A DNA stretch of 32,000 nucleotides from Cereibacter sphaeroides 2.4.1 (GCF_000012905.2 NC_007493.2:3156525-3188524), one strand, 5' to 3'. Shown: positions 1 through 9,725, numbered from the stretch's first letter. Notes: generated by a model from the letters alone, not told the origin. Made by a program: numbers and translations.

Positions 1-105
1 CTCGGAGAGCCGGCGATACCAGGACTTGTTGTCGGCGAAGGTGGTGGCACGCCAGCCGTGGAAACGCTGGACAAGGTAGTTCGGAAGCGGCCTCGCATTG
101 TGCAT
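1..105 (-). CDS. beta-class carbonic anhydrase, N-terminal 35 codons only (gene runs off the left edge)
   Basis: Manual minus-strand translation from ATG (complement of 103-105) gives MHNARPLPNYLVQRFHGWRATTFADNKSWYRRLSE. This resembles the conserved N-terminus of bacterial beta-carbonic anhydrases (LPxYLxxR-xGW-AT...WYRRL). It is too short to appear in the ORF track. Confidence 0.55.
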   Translation of the reverse strand, partial: MHNARPLPNYLVQRFHGWRATTFADNKSWYRRLSE

Positions 106-244
106 TGCGTCGTCCTCAGTCAGGTCCACGCGCTTGAATAGGGGGCGGCCGGGGAAAATTCGAGGGATTTTTTTCGGGGCACCGCAACCTTTTGTTCAGC
201 GCCCCGACGCAGGCTCGTCTCGGGTGTGTAGGGGGACAGGTGAG

Positions 245-628
245 ATGACCTGCATGATAATGGCCCTGAGGCCGGTGGATCGCGTGCGGCAGGATGCGGA
301 GCCCATTGCCGCCATGTATCGCGAAATGGGCACGAAGGCTGCCGAGCAGATCGTGAATCGTGCCTTTGCGGAGCTGGCGATGACCATCGCCGCGCTTTCG
401 CATCAGGTCAGGATGCGCGATCGGGCCGAGATCCCGCGGCGTCTGCGGCGGCTGCAGCGCATGTGCGAGAACCTCGGGATGGTCAGCTTGGGCCTCGTTG
501 CGGCAGATGCACGCGGCGCCGTCGAGCTGGGCGACATGACGGCCTTTGCCGCGATCTGGGCGCGCCTCCTCCGGGTGGCAGAGCGGTCGCTGGCCTCCGA
601 CAAGGAGTTGCTCGACCTCAGCCTCTGA
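245..628 (+). CDS. hypothetical protein, 127 aa, predicted all-helical, no recognised family
   Basis: In-frame part of ORF 98..628. ATG at 245 follows a purine-rich GGGGGACAGGTGAG. Third-position GC is high, though somewhat lower than in neighbouring genes. ATGs at 254 and 260 are alternative starts. Confidence 0.55.
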   Translation: MTCMIMALRPVDRVRQDAEPIAAMYREMGTKAAEQIVNRAFAELAMTIAALSHQVRMRDRAEIPRRLRRLQRMCENLGMVSLGLVAADARGAVELGDMTAFAAIWARLLRVAERSLASDKELLDLSL

Positions 629-698
629 CCGGCGGGGCTTGCGGGTGGCGCCGGAACGGCTAGGCTCGCCGGGATTATTCAGCCTTCCGGAACGAGCC

Positions 699-2084
699 AT
701 GCCCCTTTCCTTTGCCGATCCCGCCGCGGCCTCGCGCCCGGTCCATGTCGTTGCGTCCGACGCGCTGGCCGACTGGCTCGGCGGCCGGACCGAGGCCGAG
801 GGCGCCTGGCTTGCCGCCACCGGTTTCGAGGCCTCGCTGGGTGAGCTGCGCCTGCTGCCGGACGCGGAGGGCGGCGTCGCGGCGGCCGTTCTCGGCTCGG
901 GCACGGCCAAGGCCCGCGCCCGCAGCCGCTTCGGCCTCGCCCGCGGTCTTGCCGCCCTGCCGGAAGGCGACTGGCATCTCGAGGGAGATCTCTCGCCCGA
1001 AGCGGCCGGCGAGGCGGCTCTGGGCTGGCTTCTGTCCGCCTATGCCTTCACGCGCTACCGCAGCGCGGCGAAGTTTCCGAAGGCGCGCCTGAAGCTGCCC
1101 GCGGGCTGCGACGGCGCGCGGCTCATGGCCATGGCCGAGGCCGAGGCGCTGACCCGCGATCTCATCAACACCCCCGCCTCCGATCTCGGGCCGCAGGAGC
1201 TGGAGGACGCCTTCCTTGCCCTGGCCGACCGGTTCGGCGCCGAGACCGCGGTGATCCGCGGCGACAAGCTCCTCGACCGCAACCTGCCCATGATCCATGC
1301 CGTGGGCCGCGCCTCGACCCGCGCGCCGCGCCTGCTGGAGATGCGCTGGGGCGAGCGCGGGCCGCGCGTCACGCTGGTGGGCAAGGGCGTCTGCTTCGAC
1401 ACGGGCGGGCTCGACATCAAGCCCTCGACCGGCATGCTCCTGATGAAGAAGGATATGGGCGGGGCCGCCACCGTCATGGGGCTCGCGCAGATGATCATGG
1501 CGCTCGAGCTGCCGGTGCGGCTGCGCGTGCTGGTGCCGGCGGTGGAAAATGCCATATCCGGCAATGCGATGCGCCCGAAGGACATCCTGACCTCGCGCAA
1601 GGGGCTGACGGTCGAGGTGAACAACACCGATGCCGAGGGGCGGCTCATCCTCGCCGATGCGCTGGCGCTGGCCGATGAGGAAGAGGCCGATCTCATCGTC
1701 TCGATGGCCACGCTGACCGGGGCCGCCCGGGTGGCGGTGGGCCCGGATCTCGCGCCCTTCTACACCGATGACGAGGATCTGGCGGCGGCGCTGCAATCGG
1801 CGGCGGGCCCCGCCTGCGATCCGGTCTGGCGCCTGCCCTTCTGGGAACCCTACGAGGCCCTGATCGAGCCCGGCATCGCGGATCTGGACAATGCCCCGTC
1901 GGGCGGCTTCGCGGGCTCGATCACGGCCGCGCTCTTCCTGCGCCGCTTCGTCGAGAACCCGCGCTACATGCATTTCGACATCTACGGGCACACGCCCGCC
2001 GATGCGCCGGCACGGCCGAAGGGCGGTGTGGGGCAGGGGGCGCGCGCGATCCTCACGGCATTGCCGCGGATGCTGGATCTGTGA
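699..2084 (+). CDS. M17 family leucyl aminopeptidase-like protein (461 aa)
   Basis: Carries the M17 metal and active-site motifs VGKGVCFDTGGLDIKPSTGMLLMKKDMGGAA and NNTDAEGRLILADAL. Start set at ATG 699 (MPLSFADP...); the upstream part of ORF 546..2084 is Arg/Ser-rich and looks non-coding. Confidence 0.9.
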   Translation: MPLSFADPAAASRPVHVVASDALADWLGGRTEAEGAWLAATGFEASLGELRLLPDAEGGVAAAVLGSGTAKARARSRFGLARGLAALPEGDWHLEGDLSPEAAGEAALGWLLSAYAFTRYRSAAKFPKARLKLPAGCDGARLMAMAEAEALTRDLINTPASDLGPQELEDAFLALADRFGAETAVIRGDKLLDRNLPMIHAVGRASTRAPRLLEMRWGERGPRVTLVGKGVCFDTGGLDIKPSTGMLLMKKDMGGAATVMGLAQMIMALELPVRLRVLVPAVENAISGNAMRPKDILTSRKGLTVEVNNTDAEGRLILADALALADEEEADLIVSMATLTGAARVAVGPDLAPFYTDDEDLAAALQSAAGPACDPVWRLPFWEPYEALIEPGIADLDNAPSGGFAGSITAALFLRRFVENPRYMHFDIYGHTPADAPARPKGGVGQGARAILTALPRMLDL

Positions 2085-2896
2085 TGGACCGCCGGACGAC
2101 CCCCTGCAGCGGCGAGGTGGCTCATGTCTCGCTGAAGGGGCAGGTGGCGGCCCCGCGCTTCACCGATGGCACGCCCGCGCGGATCGGCCTGCCGGTCGTG
2201 GATCTCCTCGCCCGTCCGGATGGCCCGCGGGACCGGCAGCTCCTGCTGGGCGAGGATTTCCTCGTGATCGACCGGCGCGAGGGCCATGCCTTCGGCCGCG
2301 CCGCCAAGGACGGCTATTGCGGCTGGCTGCCCGAGGCCGCGCTTGCAGCGCCAGAGACGGCCACCCACCGCGTGGCAGTGCCCGCGACTCATCTCTATCC
2401 CGAACCGCGGGTGCAGGCGCATGAGATCGCCGCCCTCAGCTTCGGCGCGCGGTTGACTGTCATTGGCGAAGCGCGAAATTTTCTGCAGACGACAATGGGT
2501 TGGGTTCCCGCCTGCCATCTGTGGCCGCTGGATCGGCTCCATTCCGACCCCGTGGCCGTGGCGCGGCTCTTTCACGGCACGCCCTATCTCTGGGGGGGCA
2601 ACAGCCGGGCGGGCATCGATTGCTCGGGTCTCGCGCAGGCAGCGCTTCTGGCCTGCGGGATGGACTGTCCCGGCGACAGTGACCTGCAGCAGACGGTCGG
2701 CACTGAGGTTTCCGGCGACCTGCAGGCGGGAGACCTTCTGTTCTGGAAGGGCCATGTCGCCATGGCCATCGATGCGCAGCGCATGATCCATGCCACGGGG
2801 TATGTGATGGGGGTGATCGAGGAGGAGACGGAGGCCGCCATCGCCCGGATCGCCGCGGCCGGTGAGGGGCCGGTTCTGGCGCGCCGCCGGCCCTGA
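2081..2896 (+). CDS. NlpC/P60 (C40) family cell-wall peptidase with N-terminal SH3-like region
   Basis: Catalytic Cys motif GTPYLWGGNSRAGIDCSGLAQ and downstream His (FWKGHVAMAI, MIHATG). The GTG 2081 / ATG 2084 start overlaps the stop of the M17 gene (GTGATG). Confidence 0.85.
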   Translation: MMDRRTTPCSGEVAHVSLKGQVAAPRFTDGTPARIGLPVVDLLARPDGPRDRQLLLGEDFLVIDRREGHAFGRAAKDGYCGWLPEAALAAPETATHRVAVPATHLYPEPRVQAHEIAALSFGARLTVIGEARNFLQTTMGWVPACHLWPLDRLHSDPVAVARLFHGTPYLWGGNSRAGIDCSGLAQAALLACGMDCPGDSDLQQTVGTEVSGDLQAGDLLFWKGHVAMAIDAQRMIHATGYVMGVIEEETEAAIARIAAAGEGPVLARRRP

Positions 2897-3002
2897 GGGC
2901 GAGAAACCGCGGCGGGGCCATGGCGCGCGGCTCGAGCGACGAAGGCCGTGAGCCGCCCTGCGGCGTAGAGGCCTCCGCGGCGCACCTGAGGGCAACCTGC
3001 CG

Positions 3003-4223
3003 CTAGTCTCCGGCGACGCTCCCCTCGGGCAGCGTCTCGCGCAGCCAGTCCGGCTCGAACTTCACCTGATCGCAGCCCGCGAACTGCGCCAGACGGTCGA
3101 GCTCGGCCCCGAGCCGCCCGAGCCGCCGCGAGCCGAGCCGCACCCCCGCCTCGGGCCAGAGCGCGCGCACGCGCAGGCTGCCGCTCTCGCGGTGGGCGCG
3201 CATGTCGATCCGGCCGATCAGCCGGTCGCCCTCGAGGATCGGGAAGACGTAATAGCCGTAGGTGCGCTTGGCCTCGGGCACGAACACCTCGATCCGGTAG
3301 CGGAAGCCGAACAGCCGTTCGGCGCGGGCCCGGTCGCGCAGCACCGGATCGAAGGGCGACAGGATTCGCAGCCGCGGCGAGGGATCGGGCGCGGCCTCGG
3401 CCAGCGCGGCCACCTCCGGGCGGGCGTAGCTGCGCCGGAGGCTGCCGTCGGCCCCCTCGACGCGGACCTCCACGATCTCGCCGCGCGCGAGCGCATCGTG
3501 ACACCAGGCCTGCGCCTCGGCGGGGCTGGCGGCGGCCCAGAAGGCGGCCAACTCGCCCGAGGTGGCGAAGCCGAGCCTGTCCAGCGCCTCGGAGCAGGCC
3601 CAGTGGATCGTGGCGGCGTCGCCCGGATCCATCGCGAGCCACCCGGACGGGATGACGCGGGAGGTCAGATCGTAGACCTTGCGGAACGAGTCGCGGCGCG
3701 TGATGGAAAGCTCGCCCACCCGCCAGAGATATTCCAAGGCGGCCTTCGACGGATGCCAGTCCCACCAGCCGCCGGTGCCGCGCTCTTCCTCCTCGCCCAC
3801 TTCGGCGGCCGAGACCGGCCCGCTTTCGGCGATCCGCGCGAGGACCGCATCGAACTGCTCCTCGAACCCCTCGCGCTGCCAGCCGCGCCAGCGGGCCAGC
3901 AGCCGCGGCCGGTCGCGGCGGAAGCGGTGGTGCCAGAAGGGGAAGAAGCGGGCGGGGATCACCGCCGCATCATGGGTCCAGTGTTCGAACAGGTGGCGCT
4001 GCGCGAGCAGACGGTCGAGCGCCTCGGGCCGGTAGGCCTGCCTCCGCGCGAAGAGGATCATGTGATGGGCGCGGGCGACGGTCGAGATGCTGTCGATCTG
4101 GACGAAGCCCAGACGGTCGATCAGCGCCAGCAGCGCCTCGCCCTTGGCCGGGCCGGTGGGCGGCTCGGCAAGGGCGTGGAGATGCAGGAACAGCCGGCGG
4201 GCGAGCGGGTTGGGGAGGATCAC
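3003..4223 (-). CDS. ycaQ: YcaQ-family winged-helix DNA glycosylase-like protein (DUF1006), 406 aa
   Basis: C-terminal part of ORF 3003..5246. Family-typical segments: LARRLFLHLHAL, GFVQIDSISTVARAHHMILFAR, SPFDPVLRDRARAERLFGFRYRIEVFVPEAKRTYGYYVFPIL. The start is placed at GTG (complement of 4221-4223), just downstream of the rlmN stop. The exact start is uncertain. Confidence 0.75.
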   Translation of the reverse strand: MILPNPLARRLFLHLHALAEPPTGPAKGEALLALIDRLGFVQIDSISTVARAHHMILFARRQAYRPEALDRLLAQRHLFEHWTHDAAVIPARFFPFWHHRFRRDRPRLLARWRGWQREGFEEQFDAVLARIAESGPVSAAEVGEEEERGTGGWWDWHPSKAALEYLWRVGELSITRRDSFRKVYDLTSRVIPSGWLAMDPGDAATIHWACSEALDRLGFATSGELAAFWAAASPAEAQAWCHDALARGEIVEVRVEGADGSLRRSYARPEVAALAEAAPDPSPRLRILSPFDPVLRDRARAERLFGFRYRIEVFVPEAKRTYGYYVFPILEGDRLIGRIDMRAHRESGSLRVRALWPEAGVRLGSRRLGRLGAELDRLAQFAGCDQVKFEPDWLRETLPEGSVAGD

Positions 4224-4237
4224 GGCCGCCGGCCCGA

Positions 4238-5416
4238 TCAGAGGCCGGTTTCGGCGGCGATCTGGGCCCGGCTCTTGCGGGCCCGCTCGGTCGCGGACTT
4301 GAGCTGGCCGCAGGCCGCCATGATGTCCTCGCCGCGCGGGGTGCGGATCGGCGAGGCGTAGCCGGCCTTGTAGATGATGTCGGCGAAGGCCGCGATCCGC
4401 TCGGGCGTCGAGCGGCGGTAGGGCGCGCCCGGCCATTCGTTGAAGGGGATCAGGTTGATCTTGGAGGGGATCCCCGAGATCAGCTTCACCAGCCGCCGGG
4501 CATCCGCATCCGTGTCGTTCACCCCGTCGAGCATGACATATTCGAAGGTGATCCGCTCGGAGTTGGACAGGCGCGGATAGTCGCGCAGGCTGTCGAGAAG
4601 CGTGCGGATGTTCCAGCGCTTGTTGATCGGCACGAGAATGTCGCGCACCTCGTCGGTCGTGGCGTGGAACGAGATGGCAAGCTGGCAGCCGATCTCCTCG
4701 GCGGTGCGGGCGATCTCGGGCACGACGCCCGAAGTGGAAAGCGTGATCCGCCGGCGCGAGAGCGAGAGGCCCTCGCCATCCATCACCACCTTCATCGCGT
4801 TTCGCACATTCTCGAAATTGTAGAGCGGCTCGCCCATGCCCATCAGCACGAGGTTCGACACCAGCCGCGTCTCGTCCTTCGGTGCACCCCGCTCGGGCCA
4901 TTCGCCGAGATCGTCGCGCACGAGCATGAGCTGGCCCACGATCTCGGCCGCCGTCAGGTTGCGCACCAGCTTCTGCGTGCCGGTGTGGCAGAAGGAGCAG
5001 GTCAGCGTGCAGCCCACCTGCGAGGAGACGCAGAGCGTGCCACGGCCTTCCTCGGGGATGTAGACCGTCTCGACCTCGTGCCCGCCCGCGATCCGGATGA
5101 GATATTTCCGCGTGCCGTCCGCCGAGATCTGCCGGGTGACGACCTCGGGCAGGACGATGGCGAAATGCTCGGCGAGGAGCGCGCGATAGTCCTTGGCGAG
5201 GTTCGTCATCTGCGCGAAGTCGCGCACGCCCCAGTGATAGACCCACTGCCAGACCTGACCCGCCCGCATCTTCGCCTGCCGCTCGGGCGTGCCCGCAGCC
5301 ACGAGGGCGGCCAGAAGCTCCTCGCGCGTGAGGCCCACGATGTTCACGGGGCCGCCCTCGGGCAGCTTGCGCGGCAGGGTCATCACGTCCTGGGTGATCG
5401 GAGCGTTGGCGGTCAT
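4238..5416 (-). CDS. rlmN: 23S rRNA/tRNA adenine-C2 methyltransferase RlmN (radical SAM), 392 aa
   Basis: Radical-SAM cluster motif [18 protein letters not shown], plus [10 protein letters not shown] and the C-terminal CGQL motif. Start at ATG 5416 ([10 protein letters not shown]...). Confidence 0.92.
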   Translation of the reverse strand: MTANAPITQDVMTLPRKLPEGGPVNIVGLTREELLAALVAAGTPERQAKMRAGQVWQWVYHWGVRDFAQMTNLAKDYRALLAEHFAIVLPEVVTRQISADGTRKYLIRIAGGHEVETVYIPEEGRGTLCVSSQVGCTLTCSFCHTGTQKLVRNLTAAEIVGQLMLVRDDLGEWPERGAPKDETRLVSNLVLMGMGEPLYNFENVRNAMKVVMDGEGLSLSRRRITLSTSGVVPEIARTAEEIGCQLAISFHATTDEVRDILVPINKRWNIRTLLDSLRDYPRLSNSERITFEYVMLDGVNDTDADARRLVKLISGIPSKINLIPFNEWPGAPYRRSTPERIAAFADIIYKAGYASPIRTPRGEDIMAACGQLKSATERARKSRAQIAAETGL

Positions 5417-5496
5417 GGCTAAGCCTCGGGAAGCGGGAAGCGCATCATATAGGGGATTCGGGACGGAAACGGAACCCGGGTCCCGCAAATGACAAG

Positions 5497-5515
5497 GCCC
5501 CGGCAGGGCCGGGGC
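5497..5515 (-). terminator. GC hairpin downstream of the ialB-like gene
   Basis: GCCCCGGC-AGG-GCCGGGGC forms a perfect 8-bp stem. On the minus strand it is followed by CTTGTCATTTGC, a weak T tract. Confidence 0.4.
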
Positions 5516-5554
5516 AGGTCAGGGGCGGCGCGGACCGCCCTTTCGCAGACGCAC

Positions 5555-6085
5555 TTACTTGCAGCGCGTCTCGGCGTCGGACATTGCGGCGGTGAAGCCC
5601 GAAAGCGAGAACGTGTCCTTGGTCTGGGTTCCGCGGGCCGAGCGGGCGGTCAGGACGGCGGTGCTGCCGCGTTTCATCGACGCGAGCAGCGAGGCATCGT
5701 CCTGCGCATTCGCGGGCCAGGCCCATTCCCCGTCGGTGAAAAGCTCGAACTTGGTGCCGCCGATGTCGACGTTGACGGTCGAGCCCGGGGCGAACGGATA
5801 GCCGCCGGTGAAGGAGATTTCGCCCTTGGCGCCCGAGCCCGGACGGTAGGTCACGAACAGCAGGATGTCGCCGCGGCGCACGTCGACGGCCTTGCCATCC
5901 CGCGTGGCCTGGGTCTGCTTCGGGCTCGAGACGCCCCAGCATTCCTTGGGAGAGCTTTCGGCGAACACGCTCCAGTCCGTCTTGGTCGCGACCCGGTTCG
6001 TGGATTCCTGAGCGGCCGCACCCGTCGCGAGACAGGCGAGGACAATCGCCGCCGCCGGAAGCAGGCGCCCCTTCGTGGTTCTCAT
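5555..6085 (-). CDS. invasion-associated locus B (IalB) family periplasmic protein, 176 aa
   Basis: Signal peptide MRTTKGRLLPAAAIVLACLATGAAAQE. The body resembles IalB-family proteins (KTDWSVF...CWGVS...FTGGYPF...). GGAGG RBS lies upstream of ATG 6085. Confidence 0.8.
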   Translation of the reverse strand: MRTTKGRLLPAAAIVLACLATGAAAQESTNRVATKTDWSVFAESSPKECWGVSSPKQTQATRDGKAVDVRRGDILLFVTYRPGSGAKGEISFTGGYPFAPGSTVNVDIGGTKFELFTDGEWAWPANAQDDASLLASMKRGSTAVLTARSARGTQTKDTFSLSGFTAAMSDAETRCK

Positions 6086-6251
6086 CGTTCACAGCCTCCA
6101 GCTGTCAGTGCCTCTGCCCGCCCCACGCCGCCTTGTGGCGACCTTTTTGAGTAGCGCAGGCCGTTTCAACCCGATAACGCTTCTTAGCGCAAGCATTGCG
6201 CCGGACAAAAGGCCTCTTGGGCACAAAATCGCGCAGCTGTGAGGGGATGTC

Positions 6252-7241
6252 ATGACGGATCCGGCGAGGATGGTGGAGCTCTGGCGCGGCGGGCTTCTGG
6301 AAAGCTGGCACACGGGACATGCCGCCGTGTGGAGCGCGGATGGCGGGCTGGTCGAGGCCTGGGGCGATCCCGGGACGGTGATCTTCCCGCGGTCGTCCTG
6401 CAAGATGATGCAGGCCCTGCCGCTTCTGGAGAGCGGGGCCGGGGCGGGGCTGTCGTCCCAGCGTCTGGCGCTGGCCTGTGCGAGCCATCAGGGGGCAGAG
6501 CTTCATACCGGGCACGTCGGGCGCTGGCTGACGGATCTGGGCCTCTGCGAGGCGGATCTGCGCTGCGGCGCCCATATGCCCGCCGACACGGCCGAGCGGG
6601 ACCGGCTGATCCGGGCGTATGAGGAGCCCTGCCAGATCCACAACAACTGCTCGGGCAAACATGCGGGCTTCCTGATGCTCTCGCAGCATCTGAAGGCCGG
6701 GCCGGAGTATGTGGAGATCGACCATCCGGTGCAGCAGGCGGTGCGGACGGCCTTCGAGGAGGTGACGGACGAGGCGAGCCCGGGCTACGGGATCGACGGC
6801 TGCTCGGCGCCGAACTTCGCGACCACGGTGGCGGGGCTGGCGCGCGCCATGGCCTTCTTTGCCGGGGCCTCCACCGGCGGGGGCGTTCGCGAGCGGTCGG
6901 CGGCGCGGCTCGTCGAGGCGATGATCGCCCATCCCGAGCTCGTGGCGGGCGAGGGCCGCGCCTGCACCGAACTCATGCGGGCCATGGGCGGGCGCGCCGC
7001 GATCAAGACCGGCGCCGAAGCGGTCTTCGTGGCCATCGTCCCCGAGAAGCGGCTGGGGATCGCGCTGAAGATCGTGGACGGCTCGACCCGCGCCTCGGAG
7101 GCGGCCATCGCCGCCCTGCTCGTGCGGCACGGGCTTCTCGATCCGGCGCATCCGGCGGCGCGCAAGCGGCTCGATGCGATCCAGACGAACTGGCGCGGCC
7201 GCGAGACCGGCATCCTGCGCGCGGCGCCCGGGTTCCCCTGA
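6252..7241 (+). CDS. asparaginase-II family (PF06089-like) protein, 329 aa
   Basis: Family motifs FPRSSCKMMQALPLLESG, ASHQGAELH and NNCSGKHAGFL. GAGGGGA RBS precedes ATG 6252. Confidence 0.8.
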   Translation: MTDPARMVELWRGGLLESWHTGHAAVWSADGGLVEAWGDPGTVIFPRSSCKMMQALPLLESGAGAGLSSQRLALACASHQGAELHTGHVGRWLTDLGLCEADLRCGAHMPADTAERDRLIRAYEEPCQIHNNCSGKHAGFLMLSQHLKAGPEYVEIDHPVQQAVRTAFEEVTDEASPGYGIDGCSAPNFATTVAGLARAMAFFAGASTGGGVRERSAARLVEAMIAHPELVAGEGRACTELMRAMGGRAAIKTGAEAVFVAIVPEKRLGIALKIVDGSTRASEAAIAALLVRHGLLDPAHPAARKRLDAIQTNWRGRETGILRAAPGFP

Positions 7242-7256
7242 GGCCGTGCGGGCGCC

Positions 7257-8096
7257 TCAGTCGCCGCCGGCGAGCAGGGAGCGCAGGCCCGAGCGGTAGT
7301 CGGGGTGGAGAAGCGCGATGCCCAGGCGCGCCTTGATCCGGTCGTTCCGCACCCGCTTCGATTCCGCATAGAAGCTGCGCGCCATCGGCGTCATCTCCGC
7401 CTCGTCGTAGGGCACTTCGGGCGGAGGCGGCAGGCCGAGCAGCTCGGCGGCATAGCCCAGCACATCCTCGGGCGGGGCGGGATCGTCGTCGCAGACGTTG
7501 TAGATCGCGCCCGGCTCGGGATGCTGCATCGAGGCTTCGAGCACCTGCGCGATATCCGCCACATGAATGCGGCTGAAGACCTGCCCCGGCTTCACGATCC
7601 GCCGGGCGGTGCCGTCGCGGACCTTCTCGAACGGGCCGCGGCCGGGGCCGTAGATTCCCGCGAGGCGGAAGATGTGGAGCGGCAGCCCCAGCGCCTGCCA
7701 TTGCCGCTCGGCTTGAACCCGCGCCTGCCCCCGCTCCGTCGAGGGGGTGAGGGGCGTGTCCTCGTCGACCCAGCCGCCGGCGTGGTCGCCATAGACGCCG
7801 GTGGTGGAGAGATAGCCCACCCAGCGCGCGTCGGCCCTTGCCAGCTCTGCGCCATGGGTGGCGAGGAACGGATCGCCCTCGCGCCCCGGCGCGGCCGAGG
7901 CGAGGATATGGCTGGCCCGCGCCAGCGCGGGCCCGAGATCGCCCGGCCAGAGGAGCGGCTCGATACCGCCGGCCTCGAGCTCCGCGGCCTTGGCGGCGCT
8001 CCGCGTGGTGCCGATCACCGTCCAGCCCTGCGGCAGGAGGCGGTGGGCCAGAGCCTGCGCGGAATAGCCGTGCCCGAGGGAAAGAAGCGTCTTCAT
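7257..8096 (-). CDS. SDR / NAD(P)-dependent epimerase-like oxidoreductase, 279 aa
   Basis: Rossmann-like N-terminus MKTLLSLGHGYSAQALAHRL, with YGPGRGPF and IHVADIA segments typical of atypical SDRs. Start at ATG 8096; the longer ORF extension to 8198 was not used. Confidence 0.8.
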   Translation of the reverse strand: MKTLLSLGHGYSAQALAHRLLPQGWTVIGTTRSAAKAAELEAGGIEPLLWPGDLGPALARASHILASAAPGREGDPFLATHGAELARADARWVGYLSTTGVYGDHAGGWVDEDTPLTPSTERGQARVQAERQWQALGLPLHIFRLAGIYGPGRGPFEKVRDGTARRIVKPGQVFSRIHVADIAQVLEASMQHPEPGAIYNVCDDDPAPPEDVLGYAAELLGLPPPPEVPYDEAEMTPMARSFYAESKRVRNDRIKARLGIALLHPDYRSGLRSLLAGGD

Positions 8097-8230
8097 GCCG
8101 TCACTATCCCCGCGCCGCAGCGCCGCTGCAAGGGGCGAGCCTGCCGCGCCCCAAGCCGCGTCCGCGGAGGCTTGATCCCCGCCCGCGAGCCTGCGCATCC
8201 TCTCGGCAGGCAGCGACAGGAGACAGACCC

Positions 8231-9709
8231 GTGAGCGACGCGCCCCTTCCTCTTCTCGTCCCGGAGGTGCCGGACCGCGAGACCTTCACCGATCCCGCGC
8301 GGGCGGTGGACCGGCTGGAAGAGATCTACATCCGGTCGACCCGCTTCCTGTCGGGCCATTTCAGCGCCTCGGCCACCGGGGGCCAGCCGGGCGGGCGGGT
8401 GCGTGCCTATTATCCCGAGATCCGGCTCACGACGACGAGCTTCACCCGCGCGGACAGCCGGCTGAGCTTCGGCCATGTGGCCGAGCCGGGCTCCTATTCC
8501 ACGACGGTGACGCGGCCCGACCTGTTCCGCAACTACCTGATCCAGCAGATCGACCTCCTGATGCAGAACCACGGAGTACCGGTCGAGATCGGCGTCTCGG
8601 CCACGCCGATGCCCGTGCATTTCGCGGTGGCGAACGACCCGTCCGTCTCGGTGCCGCAGGAGGGGGTGCTGTCCTATCCGCTCCGCGACGTGTTCGACGT
8701 GCCCGACCTCTCGACCACCAACGACGATATCGTGAACGGCAGCCGCCTCAGCAACTCCGACGGCTCGAAGCCGCTCGCGCCCTTCACCGCGCAGCGGGTG
8801 GATTATTCGCTCGCGCGGCTCACCCATTACACGGCCACGAACCCGCGTCATTTCCAGAACCACGTCCTGTTCACCAACTACCAGTTCTATGTGGACGAGT
8901 TCGAGGCGATCGGGCGGGCGGCGCTGGCCGATCCCGCCTCGGGCTACAGCGCCTTCGTGGGCCCCGGCGATCAGGAGATCACCGATCCCGAGACCCCGCT
9001 TGCGCTGCTGCCGCGCCTGCCGCAGATGCCCACCTATCACCTCAAGCGGCCGGACGGGCAAGGGATCACGCTGGTCAACATCGGAGTCGGCCCCTCGAAC
9101 GCCAAGACCGCGACCGACCATATCGCGGTGCTGCGCCCGCACGCCTGGCTGATGGTGGGCCATTGCGCGGGCCTGCGGAACTCGCAGAGCCTCGGGGATT
9201 TCGTGCTGGCCCATGCCTATCTGCGCGAAGACCATGTGCTAGACGACGATCTGCCGGTCTGGGTGCCGATCCCGGCGCTGGCCGAGATCCAGATCGCGCT
9301 CGAGGATGCGGTCGAGGAGGTGACGCAGCTGCAGGGCTACGAGCTCAAGCGCATCATGCGGACGGGCACGGTGGCCACCATCGACAACCGCAACTGGGAA
9401 CTGCGCGACCAGTCGGGCCCGGTCCAGCGGCTGAGCCAGAGCCGCGCCGTGGCGCTCGACATGGAGAGCGCGACCATCGCGGCGAACGGCTTCCGCTTCC
9501 GCGTGCCCTACGGAACCCTCCTCTGCGTGTCCGACAAGCCGCTGCACGGGGAATTGAAACTGCCGGGCATGGCCAGCGATTTCTACCGGACCCAGGTGGC
9601 GCGGCACCTCAGGATCGGAATTCGCGCCATGGAAATGTTGCGCGAGACACCGATCGAGCGCATCCACAGCCGAAAGCTGCGCAGCTTTGAGGAAACGGCG
9701 TTCCTGTAG
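8231..9709 (+). CDS. amn: AMP nucleosidase, 492 aa
   Basis: N-terminal AMN domain plus a PNP/UDP phosphorylase fold (GVGPSNAKTATDHIAVLRPHAWLMVGHCAGL, ALDMESATIAANG). GTG 8231 lies 6 nt after AGGAGA. The length matches E. coli Amn (about 484 aa). Confidence 0.9.
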   Translation: MSDAPLPLLVPEVPDRETFTDPARAVDRLEEIYIRSTRFLSGHFSASATGGQPGGRVRAYYPEIRLTTTSFTRADSRLSFGHVAEPGSYSTTVTRPDLFRNYLIQQIDLLMQNHGVPVEIGVSATPMPVHFAVANDPSVSVPQEGVLSYPLRDVFDVPDLSTTNDDIVNGSRLSNSDGSKPLAPFTAQRVDYSLARLTHYTATNPRHFQNHVLFTNYQFYVDEFEAIGRAALADPASGYSAFVGPGDQEITDPETPLALLPRLPQMPTYHLKRPDGQGITLVNIGVGPSNAKTATDHIAVLRPHAWLMVGHCAGLRNSQSLGDFVLAHAYLREDHVLDDDLPVWVPIPALAEIQIALEDAVEEVTQLQGYELKRIMRTGTVATIDNRNWELRDQSGPVQRLSQSRAVALDMESATIAANGFRFRVPYGTLLCVSDKPLHGELKLPGMASDFYRTQVARHLRIGIRAMEMLRETPIERIHSRKLRSFEETAFL

Positions 9710-9725
9710 TGAGTTGACGCGGCGG

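Noticed and set aside
4224-5246. Upstream 340 codons of the 747-aa ORF 3003..5246
   Set aside because: This part overlaps rlmN in another frame and translates to Arg/Gly/Asp/His-rich sequence. The YcaQ-homologous part begins only after the rlmN stop.
7838-8230. 131-codon upstream extension of the amn ORF
   Set aside because: It overlaps the SDR gene on the opposite strand and is Arg/Pro/Ala junk. GTG 8231 with an AGGAGA RBS gives the expected AMP nucleosidase length.
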